From the NCBI GenBank assembly GCA_030324005.1, contig JARDVH010000163.1, positions 102,806,411-102,870,410 of the forward strand: DNA of 64,000 bases, written 5' to 3'. Every line of letters starts with the position of its first letter. Positions within the stretch are counted from its first letter, which is position 1. The translations under genes and the position numbers were made by a program. Below are positions 24,861 to 36,200 of the stretch, piece after piece. Under the pieces are notes generated by a model. The model was not told where the DNA came from, searched no databases, and saw only the letters and a program-made list of their open reading frames with translations. Source of the stretch: Negaprion brevirostris. Lineage: Eukaryota.

Positions 24861-26109
24861 CCCATTCATTCCACCCCAGTTTTTTTTTGTTATTAGCAAT
24901 GTTCTCACTATAATCACCAAGAATTTGCTATGAACATTTCCGCCCCTTTCTGAATGAGGGATATGGTTCAGCAATGGCCAACTCTCGGACACTTTACCCA
25001 AGTGACAACTTTCCACATTCTGAGAGTTCCAAATAAGAGTCAAAAATAGGCTCAAAATGTTAACTCCACAGGTGCTACCAGGTCCTTTGAGGTTCTCCAG
25101 CACTTTTTGTTCTTATGGTAGTTTTTTCATGTGCAGACTGAAACAGTAATTATTGACAACAGTTTGATTGTAATAACAAATATCTTTAAAACAGATTCTG
25201 TTCGCAACGTACACGCATACGCTCTCTCCCATAAGAATCACTGGTTATCAATCAAAAATAACAGGCCAGGCTGATTTTCTCCTTTCTGCATCTCATTTAT
25301 TATTATTTAATAAAATACCTCAATGCATAAAAGAAATTTGTAAATAGAGATTGTGAAACTTGCAGCATGTACATTCCATTACAAATATCCCTAACAACAT
25401 AAAAATGTATCTTTCCAGCTTGTCAGAAAACAAGAACTGGAGTCAAGTTTAACTAGAATAACTCATAATGCCTTACTTGCTACTGTAGCATCCACAGAGA
25501 ATGCATTCCCTTTGCTCGTCACCAAAGTTGTCAGAATCATTCACAGTACCCATTAGTCAAACACTGGACACCTTCTGTCAAGGCAAGATTGCAATCAGTC
25601 CACAGCTGCTGAACGGATATAAATGTTTTTTCAGGGTACAATAAACTCCAACAGAAGCCACGAGCCCTGCCAAACTCCCTGCTGCCTTTCCACAAGATGA
25701 ATGTTTGACCTCCTGCAAAGTCGCAACCAACACGCTCCTCATTAGCCAGAACAGTCTCCGAGGGCAGCGCTTCTACATTTACAGGACAGCTAGCTAATGA
25801 GGATCGACACTAGGCCGAACGGTGAGTGCAAGGACATCAATGAATATGACAGCTACCATATATTGGAATGCACTTCATCTTGCATTTTCAGTCCAGCTTG
25901 CAAAACTCACCTCTGACTGAATAGGATCATGTTGTTGTCATTCAGACTTAATTGAAATTAGTGTTTCTATTACAGTAGTCATTCTCTCTAGTATTTGCTT
26001 TCAAACACAACCACCACCAAGTTAAGAACCAGTGGCCTTTCATTAATTAATGTGCACAACTCAATTGACTTTTGCTATATATGCTTTCATGCCCAGTGGT
26101 ACATGCTTG

Positions 26110-26600
26110 CACAATCATATTAGATTAAAACAAAGGTGACTTTACTGAGGTCCCAACTGGAATAAGTGTTCACTTTTGGACATGCCATTTTAGAAGAAAA
26201 TGAAAAAAGGGTGCAGCATACATTCTCCGTTCTTTCAGATGAGGTTACAGTTCTGAAGAGAATCTTGAAGTTAGGTTTTTTTCTCCACCACTCAAACTGA
26301 GAAGATTAAAGAGTGACTTGATACTGGTCTTCAAGATTACAATTGGGTTACGATAAGATAATCAGTGACAGATTATTTCCAATGCTCAGTGAGATTGTAG
26401 CAAGATGATACAAGATTAAGATCATCATAAAAGGAAGTGAATGGAAGGTAACAAAAGGATTACAGATATTGATGGCTGACAGCAAGAATTCTTTGAGGCA
26501 CACAGCATATGTTGGTGAAATGTGGTGGGCTTTTAAGCACCAGGACATCTTAAATGATTGACAGAAAGTCTGGTACAGCAGACTGGGCATCAGTAAGTAC
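26110..26600 (+). mobile_element. Old degraded CR1-type LINE 3' region
   Basis: gagaagattaaagagtgacttgatactggtcttcaagatt (RRLKSDLILVFKI, like RRLRGDLIEVFKI) and gaattctttgaggcacac...gtgaaatgtgg. Confidence 0.6.
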
Positions 26601-26856
26601 CTGCAATAGAAGAAATGCAGGAAAAACTGGAAGAAAAGTGTAGAGTTGTAGCTGAAAATCAGAGAGAAAATCAAAGGATAAAAATGGAGAATGACAGGAA
26701 ATTGGGAGAGCATAAAAAAGAAAAAAAAGAGCAAGAGAAAACAAGGATGCATGGGCAACATTTAGAATTCACTCGTGGGCAAAGCAGAAAGGAAATGACA
26801 GGAAGAAAAAGCAGCCAAAGAAATGAAAGCAAAATACAGAAAATGCTAAAAACCTA

Positions 26857-26950
26857 AAATAAAAAGCAGAAATTGCCAGAAACACTCAACAGGTCAAGCA
26901 GCATTTATGGAGACAGCATCAGAGTTTCAGATGTGATCTTTTACCAGAAT
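26857..26950 (-). mobile_element. Penelope-type terminal repeat fragment
   Basis: aaaagcagaaattgccagaaacactcaacaggtcaagcagcatttatggagacag. Confidence 0.55.
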
Positions 26951-29900
26951 CACAGAGAATAGCAAGGAGAAAAAGAGAATGACTGGGATCAAGAAAGTTA
27001 GAGCAAACGAAGAAAGCCAGCATGTGAGAGTAAGATATAGAAAGCGAGAAAGCAAGCGAGCAATCAGATCAGGAACAAAATACACAAGAGGAAGAAATGC
27101 TGCAAGAATTGAGATGAAAATACAGGGATATTGAAAGAATTAGAGTGCATAACAGTTATGTAATGCAAATATAATTTTAAAACTATTCTGAGGGAGAACA
27201 AATGACAGTCTTCTATTTGTTGTTCATAATTTTTAAAAACAGAGAAATTGAGGATTAAGGTATCAGCTTTAAGTCTTATAGTCTGTAAACAGTTGAAGTT
27301 CAGATTTATAATAATTCCACCTGAAAAGACTGCAGCACTGCACTCTTTAGTGGAGTATACCACTGACAGCAACTTTTGATTTTCTGAATTTAATCATGTA
27401 TATGCGGACCCCAGTTGTTGCTATCAGCTGTATACCATAATAACAATGAATGCTGACAGTGAGATTATTTATTCATACTGTGGGACAATGGTTCTCTTAT
27501 TGAGTCTAAATTTTAGAATCCAAAGCAACAGGTTTCAGCACGTCTTTCACTACAGGTAATATAATTAACCATTCTGAAATCCTAAGTGAAATGAGAATCA
27601 ATGTCTACCAAATTAAAATTGAGAACTCAGGTTGAAGGAGAAGAATTGATTGCTCTTTGGTACCGTTCTGAGGAGAGGAGCTAGATATGGGTCAAGACGG
27701 AGTTTGGTAAATAATTGTGTGTGAAATTAATACATGTTGTTAAAAATGCTGAAAAATACACAAGTTATGATGTGTTCTTATGTTGCCATTGTAAACAGCT
27801 ATACAAAAGCAAGGGCTATTAAAGGAAGGATATATTTTTATTTAATTACTGGTAATGGAAGCACACATCAACATGTATTACAATAAAACATTGCATTACA
27901 GTGTTGGATTTCAAAGAAAAGGACCTCAAGATAAAATTCATTCAAAGGTACAATTTTAAAGAAAGAACCAAACATTCTCACAAAGTATCTTGTTTTTAAA
28001 CAGGATAATTGAATGGTTAGTTTTCAGTAACTTTTGAAATTGTTTTCACCTCAAGTTCCCTTCATTACAAGGTGAAACATTTCAATATTTCCCTGCAATG
28101 CTCTTGATACTTAAACTTCTTTCAGCAGTGCCTTACACTCATTATCCAGAGTACTGAGCTGTAAAACACGAACTGGGCAACAAAGCACAGGTTCGCTTGC
28201 CTCACCTCTCCCTCCCACCCTTTATATAGGCTTGGACCAATCAGGCTCCTTAATGGAGCTATCGGATTTCCCACCTCCTTTGATTGACAAGTGCATCTAA
28301 AGAATAAACAACTGGGCTCAAATAACACTCAAACATGATGTACTCCTTGTGTGCTGTCTTGATCTGATGCTGACTCGATATTAACGGAGCTACTTGCAAG
28401 ACAAAATGAAGTTGGATGGGGGAAATGAGACTGATTGGACTGCCCCAGAGAATTGGCATTGGATTTGAGGGGCTGAATGGCCTGTCTGTATCATTGTTAC
28501 AATGATCTTAGTAAATGGCAGTGCAGGCTTGAGCAGCCAAATGGCCTACTCTTGCTCTTCGTTTGTATGAAACTGGGTTCTTGAATCTCTCAGAATCTCT
28601 TAATCTGACAATAAAATCGAGTATATTGTCCATGGTTTATTTTTGCTTTATTTTCTTTACAACATGTGAGATTAAATTGGGTTCTCTTGAGAAGAGCACA
28701 AATATATGTCTGGAAAACGCACTTCCATTAAATCAGTACATTTGTTCTTAATGAAACAGAACAACATGTGCAATTAAATAAAGTGGATTAGAAAATGAGA
28801 GTTTGTTTAGTTTCGTAATTTTGTAATTAGAATATTGATGAGCCAATATCATCAGTCTTTCTTAGATTTTTTCATCCTTCGGTTTCAGGAGTAAAGCTTG
28901 AAATACACACAGCATGAGGTTTACAAAGTTTTGACTTTGAAGGAGGAAGGTAAGTATATTGGCCTTAAACTGATGTACTTTGAAAATCAAATGAAATTCT
29001 CCTCAAGATTCAATGAGTTATATATCTTTAGAAAGTAAATGTGATGCACCATTTTTTGTAGCTGCTCCACATTTAATTTTAAGAAACCTGACTCGTAGCC
29101 TGAACAATAGAAATGATAAATTGCATGAACACAAAGATGCAGGTAAATTATGTGACCAACTTGTTCTGTTCAATTCTGAGCAATATTACATTGCCTTAAA
29201 ATAGAATAAATTCACACTTGGTTCACGGGACACTGAGCTTGCTATATGGTGTGGTGTGAAAGACAGACTTTATTTAAAAAAGCTTAAACAATATTTGGAT
29301 TGTCTTGGCCTTTTCCACTGCAGGTCTTACGTATCTCATTTTTCAGATATCCCCATTAAGAATCATGCCAATTAGAGTACTTCCTTTCATTGTTACCTTT
29401 TCAGATACATGAAAGATTTTTTAAGGCAGAATTATATTTGCCACCAGCGTGCCCATTCCTTTATGTTGCCTCTACTTTATCACAATCTCCTGCATTCTTC
29501 CTCTCAGATAACCATGCTCCTGATCTTGTTCTTTTGTCTATTTCCTAATCACATACATTCTGCAGTTTCAAACTAAATTTTTCTGCTTCTTCATTATAAA
29601 ACAATATTATTTCATAATGAAGCAACTCAAAATAGCAGGAATAACTTTCCTATTGTTCTACTATCGACGTCAAATGATTTTATATGATTCCAATTTTAAA
29701 GATGAAAATACAACATTAATCCTATTCACCATGTTGGATTTATCAAGGATCGAACAGAATATCTTGATTCTATTCCCTTCTTAAGACTGCCTGAGACAAC
29801 AACTTCATCATTGATTCTGGAGCCAGGAGCTGTTTCTAATAAAAAAAAAACATGGGAGGGGGGTGTAGGTAGGCAAACAGCTATTTTGATGGCATTTCCT

Positions 29901-30924
29901 AAACAATAAAATGACCAGCAGAGTCGCAAACTCATCACAGTAATCGATGAATACCACGTGACCATTGTGTTGGATTGTCCCTGGATCCAGGTGCTTGGCA
30001 GAGGTTGTCCCTGTCACTGATATGTAACAAAAAGATTAAACTGGGGCTAATATATACACTGCTGGGTAACTTATTTTTTAATAGTTCTCACCCAAATCCC
30101 AGAAACTTAGGAGATGAAAGAAGGCAGGTATTTTAAGTCAACCAAAACAACTCATTGCTCTATGTGTGTTCATGATTTTATTCTATTTGACAAAGTTGCT
30201 GATTCAACTAAGAGTTCCACCTTAATTGTTCATTTTCTGTCTCAAGAAATAAAATATGTTTCATTCTGGCCTTGTCTCACCACTTACTGAAGGACTGAAG
30301 TGAAGTAACCATGGAGATGGGGCAGCAACTATGCAGGGTTAACAGGGCCCATCATCATAGAAATCCAAGATTCATCACTATAGAGGGTTGGACTTTGAAC
30401 CCGAATCAGTTAACAGCAGGAAACTCTGCAATTATTGGCGAGTACCTAAACTGGGTAGAAGGGAAAGAGACCAAAGGAATGTATAAGGTGTACCACATGG
30501 TGTAATTAATCTGTATCAAAATCTAAAGTGCTTATCCAGGCTCAAAGTTGCAGCCCACTCCTGGGCACTGGTTATCCCCAATCTCCATATTACTTGTACA
30601 TGTTTCTTTTAGACCCACCATACCCTCAAACAGTGTTATCCAACCCCATCCCATGAATCTTACCATCAGACCTCAGGTGTCATTCCTGCAGTTCAATTTA
30701 TTTCTCTCCACAGCAAATTATCCCTTGGGCTGGTACTGCCATAATGATGCCAGAAGCTTAATTTGCCACAATTCAATTCCTGGCCTCCTTAAGTTACTAT
30801 ATCAGATGCATCCTGATTGTGCCTAGATTTGAGCATTAGTGAATTCTTAATAGTGTATTTATATACTGAGTCTTAAGATCAGAGGCATTCCAAAATCAAT
30901 ATGCTGAGAATAAATAATTTTATC

Positions 30925-31540
30925 ATTTATTCTTGAGACATGGAATCACTGAAGACCAGCATTATTGACCATTTCTAATCTCAACTGAGAAATTGAGGGT
31001 GGATAAAAGTAAATTACTGCAGATGCTGTGGTCTGAAACCAAAAGAGAAAGTACTGGAAAATGTCAGCAGGTCTGGCAGCATCTGTAAGGAGAGAAAGGG
31101 GTGGATCTTCTTCTTGATGCAATTATTGATATTTTTTGTTGAATTGGACATAAAAATGGACATTTAAAAGTCAACACATTAGTGTAGAACTAGAGTCATG
31201 TACTGGACAGATCAGATGAAAACAGCTACGTCCCTAAAGGATAACACTGATAGCTGAAATTGTAATCATAATTTGACAGATTCATGGTTCCTTTAACTAT
31301 TGCTAAAATGAGCAACCCCTTATTTTTAAACATGAATTCGAGATTCTCCGACAAGAGAAACATTCTCTCCAAATCTACCCTGACAATAACCTTCAGGACC
31401 TTAAAGTCTTCAATTAAGTTGTCCCTTACTCTTCTAAAATCCAGTGGATGTAAATCTAATCTCTCCAAACTTTCCTTGTATGACAAATGCCGAATCAAGG
31501 TATTAGTTCAGTAATCCTTCCCTGAACTGCTTCTGACAGT
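30925..31540 (-). mobile_element. Nested cluster: degraded SINE, Penelope-type end (~31005-31098) and CR1 3' fragment (~31305-31540)
   Basis: tactgcagatgctgtggtctgaaacc...cagcaggtctggcagcatctg; LSYKESLERLDLHPLDFRRVRDNLIEDFKVLK. Confidence 0.75.
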
Positions 31541-31714
31541 TTTAAATTTTTTTGCTGGAGATTTTTCTTAAAAATGTAGTTGTTTTAAAACAACTGCTTT
31601 CACTTCTTTTACCTCTCTCTCGTCAATATTTCTATCTCTCTTTTATTCCACTTTCTGCACCTGATCTGACTGACACACACTGGTTTAGGCTGGCCTGTTT
31701 GTCAACAATTCTTC

Positions 31715-31815
31715 AAACTAGCTTTGATGAAGGGTCATCCAGACTCGAAACATTAGCTTTATTCTCTATCGATGCTGACACACCTGCTGAGATTTTCACC
31801 ATTTTCTGTTTTCTT
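31715..31815 (+). mobile_element. Penelope-type terminal repeat with hammerhead-like motif
   Basis: agct-ttgatga-a-gggtc-atcca-gactc-gaaa-catt-agct, then cctgctgagattttcaccattttctgtttt. Confidence 0.65.
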
Positions 31816-31900
31816 CAAACTAATTAATTAGGAGAGACACTGTTTTGGAGAAAGGTCGTTGACCTGAAATGTTAATTCCTGTTCTCTCTCCACATATTCT

Positions 31901-32221
31901 AGAGTCCCTATACTGCAGAAGGAGGCATTTGGCCCATCGAGTCTGCACTGACTACACAATCCCACCCAGGCCCTATTCACTTAATCCCAGATATTTACCC
32001 TGCTAGTCCCCCTAAAACTAGGATCAATTTAGCATGGCCAATCATCCTAACCCGCACATCTTGGGACTGTGGGAGGAAACAGGAACACCCGGAGGAAACC
32101 CACACAGACACAGGGAGAATATGCAAACTCCACACAGACAGTGACCTGAGGCCAGAGTTGAACCTGGGTCCCTGGTGTTGTGAAGCAGCAGTGCTAACCA
32201 CTGTACCGTCATGCCGCCCAA
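31901..32221 (-). mobile_element. Full-length HE1/V-SINE with 11-bp target-site duplication
   Basis: Head gggcggcatgacggtacagtggttagcactgctgc, V-domain tgtgtggagtttgca..ttctccc.gtgtctg.gtgggtttcctccgggtg; ccacatattct duplicated at 31890-31900 and 32222-32232. Confidence 0.93.
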
Positions 32222-33621
32222 CCACATATTCTGCTGAACCTGCGCAGTATTTCTAGCATTTTCTGTTTTTATTTGATGTAATTGCTTGTTCTTTATACAC
32301 AACTTCAAAAATGCCCTTTAGAGGGCATTACACTATTTCCACCTCCCACAAACAGCAACCTTCAGTGCAAACGTTCATGGAAATTAAAATGGACACGATC
32401 AAGGTAAAGTCTAATAAAAGGATCTTAACCAGAAACAGTAAATTCTGGCCCAATTTCTTTTCCAAATAAATGCAAAAACAGTCTATTAAAAGGAAAGAAA
32501 CATGCCCATCTTTTGCCTGGAGCTTGAAATTCACAAGTAGTTCACTGACCTTAGCAGCAATTATAAGTAACTATAATTATCTGGAATCCCACAAGGATGA
32601 CTCAAGCTGCAGCCAGAAATGCACTTGCTTGGTTAGTAGCAATATATCACGGTTGTGCTCCAAACCCCAAGGTATGGAAAATGTATTCACAAACACATCC
32701 GCAGGCAGTTTGAAAAACATCAAAATCATAAAACTATCAAACGTCACATTGCAAATTTGAAATATTGACACCTCAGGTCACTAATTAATGATTCTTTCAA
32801 CAGCGTACAATTACTGCCTATGAAGTTTCTACTTCTACCATTATAATCAGCAAAAAAATTTACTTTTGCAACATCAGAATTTGACAAAAAAGCCAAACCT
32901 AAAATTGATATAAATACACTTTATATGGAACGTGTGTGAATGTTGATTTTATCATTTATTATGCTGAAGTGTACTTGATAACGAAGATTTAGATGAGGCA
33001 TAAAATATATCTGCTTCAACTGCTCAAAGATTTTCCCTTTATCAACTGGAAAAATACTTTAAATCAAATGCTAGTTCATAATACATCAGATCTGGAAAAT
33101 ATAATTGAAGTCTCATTGCATAAAGAACATTACGCAGTCCTTCAAATGTGAAGATGGCTCTCACACAAAGAAAANNNNNNNNNNNNNNNNNNNNNNNNNN
33201 NNNNNNNNNNNNNNNNNNNNNNNNNNNNNNNNNNNNNNNNNNNNNNNNNNNNNNNNNNNNNNNNNNNNNNNNNNNNNNNNNNNNNNNNNNNNNNNNNNNN
33301 NNNNNNNNNNNNNNNNNNNNNNNNNNNNNNNNNNNNNNNNNNNNNNNNNNNNNNNNNNNNNNNNNNNNNNNNNNNNNNNNNNNNNNNNNNNNNNNNNNNN
33401 NNNNNNNNNNNNNNNNNNNNNNNNNNNNNNNNNNNNNNNNNNNNNNNNNNNNNNNNNNNNNNNNNNNNNNNNNNNNNNNNNNNNNNNNNNNNNNNNNNNN
33501 NNNNNNNNNNNNNNNNNNNNNNNNNNNNNNNNNNNNNNNNNNNNNNNNNNNNNNNNNNNNNNNNNNNNNNNNNNNNNNNNNNNNNNNNNNNNNNNNNNNN
33601 NNNNNNNNNNNNNNNNNNNNN

Positions 33622-33712
33622 NGCCACCAGATCATATCCATTTGTGCTGATCTGCGCCACCAGCTCATCCACTTTATTCCGAATGCTTCGTGCATTCAGT
33701 TAAAGTGCCTTC
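33622..33712 (-). mobile_element. CR1-type LINE endonuclease N-terminus
   Basis: LNARSIRNKVDELVAQISTNGYDLVA; runs into a gap. Confidence 0.88.
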
Positions 33713-33759
33713 ATCCCAGCCTTCACCTGGACCCTATTCCCTCCATCCATCACTCATCC

Positions 33760-34114
33760 AGAGTTGCAGCGTGGCACAGGGACCCCTCGCCCCCACTAAT
33801 CAGAGGCCCCACCCCATTAGGCCCTGCTCAATGCCAATGCCCCTTTGCCAATGCCAAGGAGCCAGGACAGCACTGCCAAGCTAGCTAGGCACCCCCTTAT
33901 GGCCAACCTACTGAGCGGTCTCGATGACTTCCCTTTACTTCGGCAGGGTCATTTGAATAAATTATGCAGTGCCACACTGATTTCTGGTACGAAGCTGATG
34001 GCGCCAGAAATCCGGCTGCCAGAGATGCATGGAGGCTGTGGCACCCAGTGGGGTGCCTGCTAAATAGTCTCCACTTGAGTTTCAGCAGTGCAGCGGGCTG
34101 GGAGAATTGTCCCT
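33760..34114. mobile_element. Harbinger-type MITE, right part
   Basis: Ends gggagaattgtccc (reverse of the TIR motif); gggtgcctgctaaatag is shared with 45905-46140. Confidence 0.55.
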
Positions 34115-34129
34115 GCTATATTGCAGAAT

Positions 34130-34485
34130 TATTATTCATTCAAGGGGTGTGGACATACTGGCTGGACCAGTATTTATTGCTCATCCCTAATTGCCCTTGG
34201 AAAAGGCCATTTTCACAGGGTATTTGAGTCACCTACTTACCCACATTGATGTGGGTCTGGAGTCACGTTCAGGCCAGACCAAGTAAGGACGGCAGATTTC
34301 CTTCTCCAAGGGTTTTCTTTTTACGACAATCAATAATGGTTTCACGGCCATTATATTTTTAATTCCAGGCATTTAATGAATTCAAATGTCACCATCTGCC
34401 ATGTTGGGATTCAAATCCAGAGAACTGTCCTGGGTCTCTGGGTTATTTTCCAGTGACAACATCATGATGCCATCACCTCCCCTGT
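34130..34485 (-). mobile_element. tRNA-derived SINE (family of 20655-20975)
   Basis: Reverse-complement match: atttattgctcatccctaattgccctt...ggagtcacgttcaggccagacc...gggattcaaatcc. Confidence 0.85.
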
Positions 34486-35513
34486 TTTAGCTGAGTAAAC
34501 TGCCTTTGTATTCCAATTTCAATTTAGCACATAACATTCTAGAAGAGCTGACAGTGTAATCTTAGAGGTTATAGCTTTCAGTTTCCTTATCAATTTGCAA
34601 ATAGAGGCTCTTTAACAACTTAACAAATGGTGCCATTTAGTTTTACTACAACAGGATATTTTTCACAAATGGAGTTGCATATTTCCCACCTTAAATATTC
34701 TCCATGTCACTCTTCTTCCCTTTTAAGGCAGTAAATCATGGTTGGGTAGATTACAATGAATGGCATGCCCTTTAATACAATACCAGAGTTCATTCTTCCT
34801 TTGAAAGCTTAGTCAATGCAACTTTGCAACAATTTTAATTTGCATGCCTTTCATTAGTCCCCAGGCATAAATTTGCAACACAGGTCACTAACTACGGATC
34901 AGGAATAGTGCAGAACTTGGTCACTAAATTAACACAGTGCACTTTAAAAAACAACACCTTTCATGTATGTAAGTAATATTATTCTGGTCCATAAGCCCCT
35001 GCTTTATGGTAGCCATACAGTTGTCAAAAAGTCTCCAGGCACATGTAAATGCTGAAGATTCGATTACCTCAAAGTTAATACAAACTGAAAATTGACACAT
35101 TTTAAATTAAACTTCACTTGCTTATTACAAATGGCTGATAGGTTCAAATGCCAAGCAATTCTAAATGAATATCAATTAAACTAANNNNNNNNNNGATCTT
35201 TCAAAAGGCATCAACACCAAGAGCATCTTGGTAAAAGGGCACAACGTGCAACTATAGAAATATTTGGACGATGAAATTCATTTGGGACATATTGATTTTA
35301 TACTTGTTTAAAATCCAAGGGAGTTTTTGAAATCTGAGTTATTGATGCACTTTTGTGGGATTTTTTTCCAAAGAAAATGGAGACATGAAAAAGGTTATTA
35401 CAAAGCATGCTGTGCCCAAAACAAAAATCCAGTTGCATTATTTCATATGAATACTTATTAGTAAATTAAGCACACCATGAATAATGTTAGGATGTTCTCT
35501 TGGAAATGACAAT

Positions 35514-36200
35514 GGGCAGAATTCTCCCATCAGGGAACTACGTCCTGTGACAGGGCAGTAACGTGGAGTATTTTTGCTGCAAGGGCAAAACACACCATTT
35601 CTTCAGGGCCCAACCTCATTGATTTTATGATGTATTCTGTGGCGGAACAGGCTTGGTGGTGTGTAATCTGCCGTCCTATATGGGCACCATATTAAAAGAT
35701 GCCCAACATCATTGGCCCCTGTTGAAGACAGAAGGTGGGCTGCCTGAAAAAGATGAATCTCCAGGAGCACTCTGAGGCTGGAAGATGGACTTCCTCCAAA
35801 AAGATCATTTGTAGATGCTCTCCTCACCCTCTGCTGTGGTATTCCAGGAGCCAAGGTAGCCAGTGACCTCCATTCTTGAATTGTAGAGGTCGTCCCACGC
35901 ATTGTTCAGGTGAGTTCAACATCTGCATGCCGCTTTGTTCCGGATCAGTGTGTTATCACACAGGCATTGTCGAGAATTGGGAGTGGATGATTAGGTCTTT
36001 ATTTGCATCACATTAGTGAAATGCAAATAAACTTCACACTGGCCTTCAGTGGTTTTGGTGATTTTCCATGGCAGACACTAGTGGAAAATCACGTGGAGAA
36101 ATTCATGTTGGCATAAAGCCAATTTTTGGGTCTCCCACCTTCCTCCACCCCACCTCAGCTGCCATTGAACCCACCGACAGGGCATGGGAGAATTCCACTC
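35514..36200. mobile_element. Complete Harbinger-type MITE (family A) with TIRs and 3-bp TSD
   Basis: Left gggcagaattctcccat; right end reverse-complements to gagtggaattctcccat (14/17 match); AAT at 35511-35513 and 36201-36203. Confidence 0.8.

Noticed and set aside
26615-26857. E/K/R-rich 80-aa ORF resembling a coiled coil
   Set aside because: Translation of a purine-rich low-complexity tract with no homology or splice evidence.
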